A stretch of 64,000 nt of DNA from NCBI GenBank assembly GCA_945902215.1, contig CAMDML010000007.1, forward strand, positions 4,178 to 68,177, written 5' to 3'. The position numbers were made by a program, and so were the translations under genes. The notes beneath the pieces were generated by a model. It was not told where the DNA came from, searched no databases, and was given only the letters and a program-made list of their open reading frames with translations. This DNA comes from Klebsiella pneumoniae. GTDB taxonomy: Bacteria > Pseudomonadota > Gammaproteobacteria > Pseudomonadales > Pseudohongiellaceae. Numbering within the stretch: position 1 is the first letter of the stretch; each line of letters starts with the position of its first letter. This document shows positions 60,022-64,000 of the stretch, piece by piece.

Positions 60022-61386
60022 ATGACACTGCCGGCCGATACGATCTGTGCAGTGGCCACGCCGGCGGGCCGGGGCGGCATCGGTGTGATCCGGGTTTCCG
60101 GCAGCCTGTGTGCCGATCTCTGCTCGCAAATCGCGGGAATCTCTCCAATACCACGCAGGGCCCAGCAGGCGTCGTTCAAGGATCCTGGTGGCGTTCTCAT
60201 TGATACCGGGCTGTCGCTTTTTTTCCAGGCGCCGCGCTCTTTTACCGGCGAAGATGTGTGGGAGCTGCAGACCCATGGCAGCCCTGTTGTTCTCGACCTC
60301 CTGCTTACGACCCTGGTGCAGGGCGGGTGCCGTCTGGCCCGCCCTGGCGAATTCTCCGAACGCGCCTTCCTCAATGAAAAGCTCGATCTCACGCAAGCTG
60401 AAGCCATAGCGGACCTGATCGACAGCCGCTCTGCGGCCGCGGCACGTAACGCTGTACGCTCTTTGCAGGGTGAATTTTCCAAGCTGATACACGAACTGGT
60501 CGCCGAGATCACCCGTTTGCGTGTTTACGTGGAAGCCTCCATTGATTTTCCGGACGAAGACGTGGATTTTCTGTCGGGTGGTGATGTGGCGAGACGGCTG
60601 TTCGCTTTGCGCGCACATCTTGCCGAGGTACAAACACAAGCGCGGCAAGGCGCGCTGTTACGCGAAGGCATTCAGGTGGTGATCGCAGGCGAGCCCAATG
60701 CCGGCAAGTCGACTCTGCTTAACACGCTGGCCGGGATGGAGGCGGCGATTGTCACGGATATTCCAGGCACGACGCGCGACGTGCTGCGTCAGGAAATCAT
60801 TCTATCCGGCGTTCCGGTATACATTCTGGACACCGCCGGTTTGCGCGACAGCAATGATCCCGTGGAGCTGGAGGGGATCCGGCGCGCGCGCGCCGCTATA
60901 GATTTGGCCGATCGTGTGCTGTTGCTGGTTGATGTGCGTGAACGGGAGCAGCTGACGCAAAATCCAGTCTGGTGTGAATTGCTGACGAACCCTGCTACTG
61001 CCGCCAAGCTAACGCTCGTGTTTAACAAGATCGATTTGGTTGGGATCCCAGCGGCAATGACAGCGGTGCATGGCATCCCCGCAGTCATGCTGTCAGCAAA
61101 ACAAAAAACCGGTCTCGACTTGTTGCAACAACATCTATTGCAGTGCGCCGGTTTCCACGCACAGGATGAAGGCGGCTTCCTGGCTCGGCGCCGTCACCTT
61201 GACGCCTTGCAGCGTGCCGCCAGCGCGCTCGCTGACGCCACCACACAACTTGAAGAATACAAGGCCGGAGAGTTGGTCGCTGAAGAGCTACACAGAGCTC
61301 AGGGCGCGCTTGGTGAAATCACTGGAGCTGTTTCTGCGGACACCTTGCTGGGCGAAATTTTCCGCAGCTTCTGCATTGGCAAATAA
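60022..61386 (+). CDS. mnmE: tRNA modification GTPase MnmE (TrmE)
   Basis: DTICAVATPAGRGGIGVIRVSG N-terminus, G-domain GEPNAGKSTLLN, C-terminal FCIGK. Confidence 0.96.
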   Translation: MTLPADTICAVATPAGRGGIGVIRVSGSLCADLCSQIAGISPIPRRAQQASFKDPGGVLIDTGLSLFFQAPRSFTGEDVWELQTHGSPVVLDLLLTTLVQGGCRLARPGEFSERAFLNEKLDLTQAEAIADLIDSRSAAAARNAVRSLQGEFSKLIHELVAEITRLRVYVEASIDFPDEDVDFLSGGDVARRLFALRAHLAEVQTQARQGALLREGIQVVIAGEPNAGKSTLLNTLAGMEAAIVTDIPGTTRDVLRQEIILSGVPVYILDTAGLRDSNDPVELEGIRRARAAIDLADRVLLLVDVREREQLTQNPVWCELLTNPATAAKLTLVFNKIDLVGIPAAMTAVHGIPAVMLSAKQKTGLDLLQQHLLQCAGFHAQDEGGFLARRRHLDALQRAASALADATTQLEEYKAGELVAEELHRAQGALGEITGAVSADTLLGEIFRSFCIGK

Positions 61387-61400
61387 GACTCGCGCTTACG

Positions 61401-61680
61401 TTATCCACACCCTGTGGATGACACTAGTACTGCTCCCATGGAGGCGTGTGTACGAATTGTGGATAAAGCGCGCTATGCAATCCGTCTGCTGATAAGGGCT
61501 GTTTTTTCCTCTATTCCATACAGAAGCTCCCTCTGTCTTGTCCGCAGGGAATCCACAGGCTTGTAAAAGCACCAAGCCTCTGATCCTTCTCTCAAATACG
61601 CAAGCGTCCACAGAAATCCAGCCCTTAATAACAATAATAATAAAAATAACAATATATAAAGATATATCTATATAAATACA
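61401..61680. other. Probable chromosomal replication origin (oriC)
   Basis: DnaA boxes TTATCCACA (61401-61409), TGTGGATGA (61413-61421), TGTGGATAA (61458-61466), and weaker GAATCCACA (61549-61557) and GCGTCCACA (61604-61612). A 56-bp almost pure A/T tract follows at 61625-61680, containing repeated ATAACAATA. Lies next to mnmG. Confidence 0.6.
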
Positions 61681-61773
61681 GAGCCGAAGTCAGGCGGTCA
61701 TACGGGAAGACAGGCAGGGTATGGCAAAAAAGTTTATACTTGATTCCCCTTTGCAAGCTAGCCCAGCCCCACC

Positions 61774-63702
61774 ATGCCCTTCCAGGATAACTACGATGTC
61801 ATCGTCATAGGAGGCGGCCATGCCGGGACCGAGGCTGCGCTTGCATCTGCGCGCATGGGCTGTCGAACCTTGCTGGTCAGCCATAACATCGAAACGCTTG
61901 GGCAGATGTCCTGTAACCCAGCAATAGGCGGTATAGGAAAAACACATCTCGTCAAAGAGGTTGATGCGCTCGGCGGCGCCATGGCGTGCGCAACGGATGT
62001 TAGCGGCATTCAGTTCCGAACACTCAACTCCAGCAAGGGGCCCGCGGTACGAGCAACACGCGCACAAGCAGACAGGGTTTTGTACAAGGCAGCCATACGC
62101 AGGACGCTGGAGAATCAACCGAACCTCAGCATCTTCCAGCAAGCCATTGATGACTTGATTGTTACCGGTGATCGCGTCGATGGTGTCGTCACCCAAATGG
62201 GACAGCGCTTCTTCGCTTCTCGCGTGGTGTTGACCACAGGCACTTTTCTCGGTGGCAAGATCCACATCGGTTTGAATAATTATGCGGGTGGTCGAGCCGG
62301 GGACCCTCCAGCAATCGCTCTTGCTCAACGTTTGCGCGAACTTCCTTTACGCGTAGGCCGTCTGAAAACAGGTACACCCGCGCGCATAGATGCGCGCACC
62401 GTGGATTTTTCAGTCATGACCGAGCAAGCCGGCGATACTCCGGTTCCAGTCATGTCCTATCTGGGCAAAGTCGATGAACATCCACGCCAGGTCAGCTGCT
62501 ACATCACCGCAACCAACGAACGTTGCCACGACATCATTCGTTCAGGGTTGGACCAGTCGCCGATGTACACAGGCGTGATCGAAGGTGTGGGCCCACGCTA
62601 CTGCCCTTCAATCGAAGACAAGGTTGTGCGTTATGCCGACAAGACAAGCCACCAGATTTTCGTCGAACCCGAAGGCTTAACAACCCACGAACTGTATCCC
62701 AACGGCATTTCGACCAGTCTGCCGTTCGAAATCCAGAAGCGAATGATCGCGGAGATTAAAGGCTTCGAGAACGCGCATATCATTCGCCCCGGGTATGCAA
62801 TCGAATACGACTTCTTCGATCCACGCGACTTGCAGCCAACACTTGAAACCCGCGCGATCAAAGGTTTGTATTTTGCCGGTCAGATCAACGGCACCACCGG
62901 CTACGAAGAGGCGGCAGCTCAAGGTATTCTTGCGGGTATCAATGCCGGGCTGGCAGCACAAGAAAAGGACGGCTGGTGTCCTGGCCGCGATGAAGCCTAT
63001 ATTGGAGTGCTTGTGGATGATTTGATCACCCAGGGCACGCGTGAACCTTACCGTATGTTCACCAGTCGCGCGGAATACCGGCTGATGCTGCGTCAGGATA
63101 ATGCGGATGTAAGACTGACGGAAACCGGACGCAAACTGGGCCTCATCGATGAGCAGCGGTGGCGCACGTTCAATGAAAAACGGGAACGCGTCGCAGTCGA
63201 AGCACAGTATCTGAAATCTAGCTGGGTACAGCCAGATACGGACCTATCTCGACACCTTGAGCCCCTGCTGGAAAAACCCCTTAGCCGCGAATATAGACTC
63301 AGCGAAATCCTGGCGCGTCCGGATATCAGCTATGCCGCTCTAGCTGGCGCGTGTCTCACCAGCGGATACCGGAAGACGGAACTGCCCGACGACGCTGTCG
63401 CTGAGCAGGTTGAGATTGCGATCAAGTATCAGGGCTATATCGTTCGGCAGCAGGACGAAATCGAAAAACTGAAGCGCCAGGAAAACGCACGCCTGCCTGC
63501 GGACTTCGATTATCGGTCGATCCCCGGCCTGTCCAATGAATTGCGCCAGAAACTGTCAGAAGCAAAACCCGACAGCATCGGCCGTGCCGCGCGCATTCAA
63601 GGAGTTACGCCCGCTGCCGTTTCCTTGCTGCTGGTCTATCTCAAAAAATACCAGATGCTGCAGGACAAGGCTGTCGGCACCAAAACCGCCGGTGTGGCTT
63701 GA
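61774..63702 (+). CDS. mnmG: tRNA uridine 5-carboxymethylaminomethyl modification enzyme MnmG (GidA)
   Basis: [19 protein letters not shown] motif, 642 aa, strongly conserved throughout. Confidence 0.97.
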   Translation: MPFQDNYDVIVIGGGHAGTEAALASARMGCRTLLVSHNIETLGQMSCNPAIGGIGKTHLVKEVDALGGAMACATDVSGIQFRTLNSSKGPAVRATRAQADRVLYKAAIRRTLENQPNLSIFQQAIDDLIVTGDRVDGVVTQMGQRFFASRVVLTTGTFLGGKIHIGLNNYAGGRAGDPPAIALAQRLRELPLRVGRLKTGTPARIDARTVDFSVMTEQAGDTPVPVMSYLGKVDEHPRQVSCYITATNERCHDIIRSGLDQSPMYTGVIEGVGPRYCPSIEDKVVRYADKTSHQIFVEPEGLTTHELYPNGISTSLPFEIQKRMIAEIKGFENAHIIRPGYAIEYDFFDPRDLQPTLETRAIKGLYFAGQINGTTGYEEAAAQGILAGINAGLAAQEKDGWCPGRDEAYIGVLVDDLITQGTREPYRMFTSRAEYRLMLRQDNADVRLTETGRKLGLIDEQRWRTFNEKRERVAVEAQYLKSSWVQPDTDLSRHLEPLLEKPLSREYRLSEILARPDISYAALAGACLTSGYRKTELPDDAVAEQVEIAIKYQGYIVRQQDEIEKLKRQENARLPADFDYRSIPGLSNELRQKLSEAKPDSIGRAARIQGVTPAAVSLLLVYLKKYQMLQDKAVGTKTAGVA

Positions 63703-64000
63703 TGTCCGCACACGATTCCGCGCTGGTTGCGAGGCTGGAAGCAGGGCTGCATGACCTGCAGCTTGCTTTGCCCGATACCGCAAAGAATCAGTTGTTGGTT
63801 TATCTCGAGCAACTGCACAAATGGAACAAGGCTTACAATCTCAGCGGCATCAAGGACATCAAGGAGATGTTGGTGATGCATCTGCTCGACAGCCTGATGC
63901 TCGCCCCCTTCATTGATGCTGATCTGACTGCCGATATTGGCACGGGCGCCGGTCTTCCCGGCGTGCCGCTCGCCATCTGTTTTCCGGACAAGCAGTTCCG
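63702..64000 (+). CDS. rsmG: 16S rRNA (guanine527-N7)-methyltransferase RsmG (GidB), 5' part; runs off the right edge
   Basis: Own translation from ATG 63702 (TGATG overlap with mnmG): [16 protein letters not shown]...LHKWNKAYNLSGIKD...DIGTGAGLPGVPLAI. Confidence 0.9.
   Translation, partial: MSAHDSALVARLEAGLHDLQLALPDTAKNQLLVYLEQLHKWNKAYNLSGIKDIKEMLVMHLLDSLMLAPFIDADLTADIGTGAGLPGVPLAICFPDKQF

Noticed and set aside
59295-60203. 302-aa plus-strand ORF spanning the yidC-mnmE junction.
   Set aside because: It is an out-of-frame overlap of two well-supported genes, with an Arg/Pro-rich translation and no motifs.

Overview
GC-rich gammaproteobacterial chromosome segment covering the replication-origin neighbourhood. 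No IS element, phage, CRISPR, tRNA or rRNA was seen.

Layout, left to right:
- 1-13.1 kb, all minus strand: dsbA, then a tightly packed type II secretion-like operon in non-canonical order (gspL-M-E-F-D-G-H-I-J-K). It runs without a break into a Wzm/Wzt ABC-2 glycan exporter and an acyltransferase-like gene.
- 13.2-20.4 kb: cytochrome c4, engB, a candidate sRNA in the Spot 42/ErsA position, polA, and znuA / znuCB.
- 20.5-27.8 kb: two large paralogous TonB-dependent receptors carrying a tandem-duplication scar, a 74-nt znuB 3' remnant.
- 28-36.6 kb: an aa3-type cytochrome c oxidase and assembly cluster (coxB-coxA-ctaG-coxC, SURF1, ctaA, SCO1). No ctaB is present.
- 37-50.6 kb: housekeeping genes (gamma-CA-like, aroE, hemF, tsaC, dprA, lysM, def-fmt-rsmB, lpxL-like, glyQS, gmhB, plsC).
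- 50.6-64 kb: gyrB-recF-dnaN-dnaA / rpmH-rnpA-yidD-yidC-mnmE / mnmG-rsmG. A probable oriC (DnaA boxes plus a 56-bp AT tract) lies between mnmE and mnmG.

Most unusual observations:
- The secretion operon appears translationally coupled to a glycan ABC exporter.
- Tandem repeats with 9-15 bp units sit on or next to gene starts and stops at nine loci, one of them an in-frame pentapeptide repeat inside dnaA.
- A sigma-E-type promoter plus terminator defines a roughly 115-nt sRNA candidate.

All calls come from reading the sequence and the ORF track. No database search was run.
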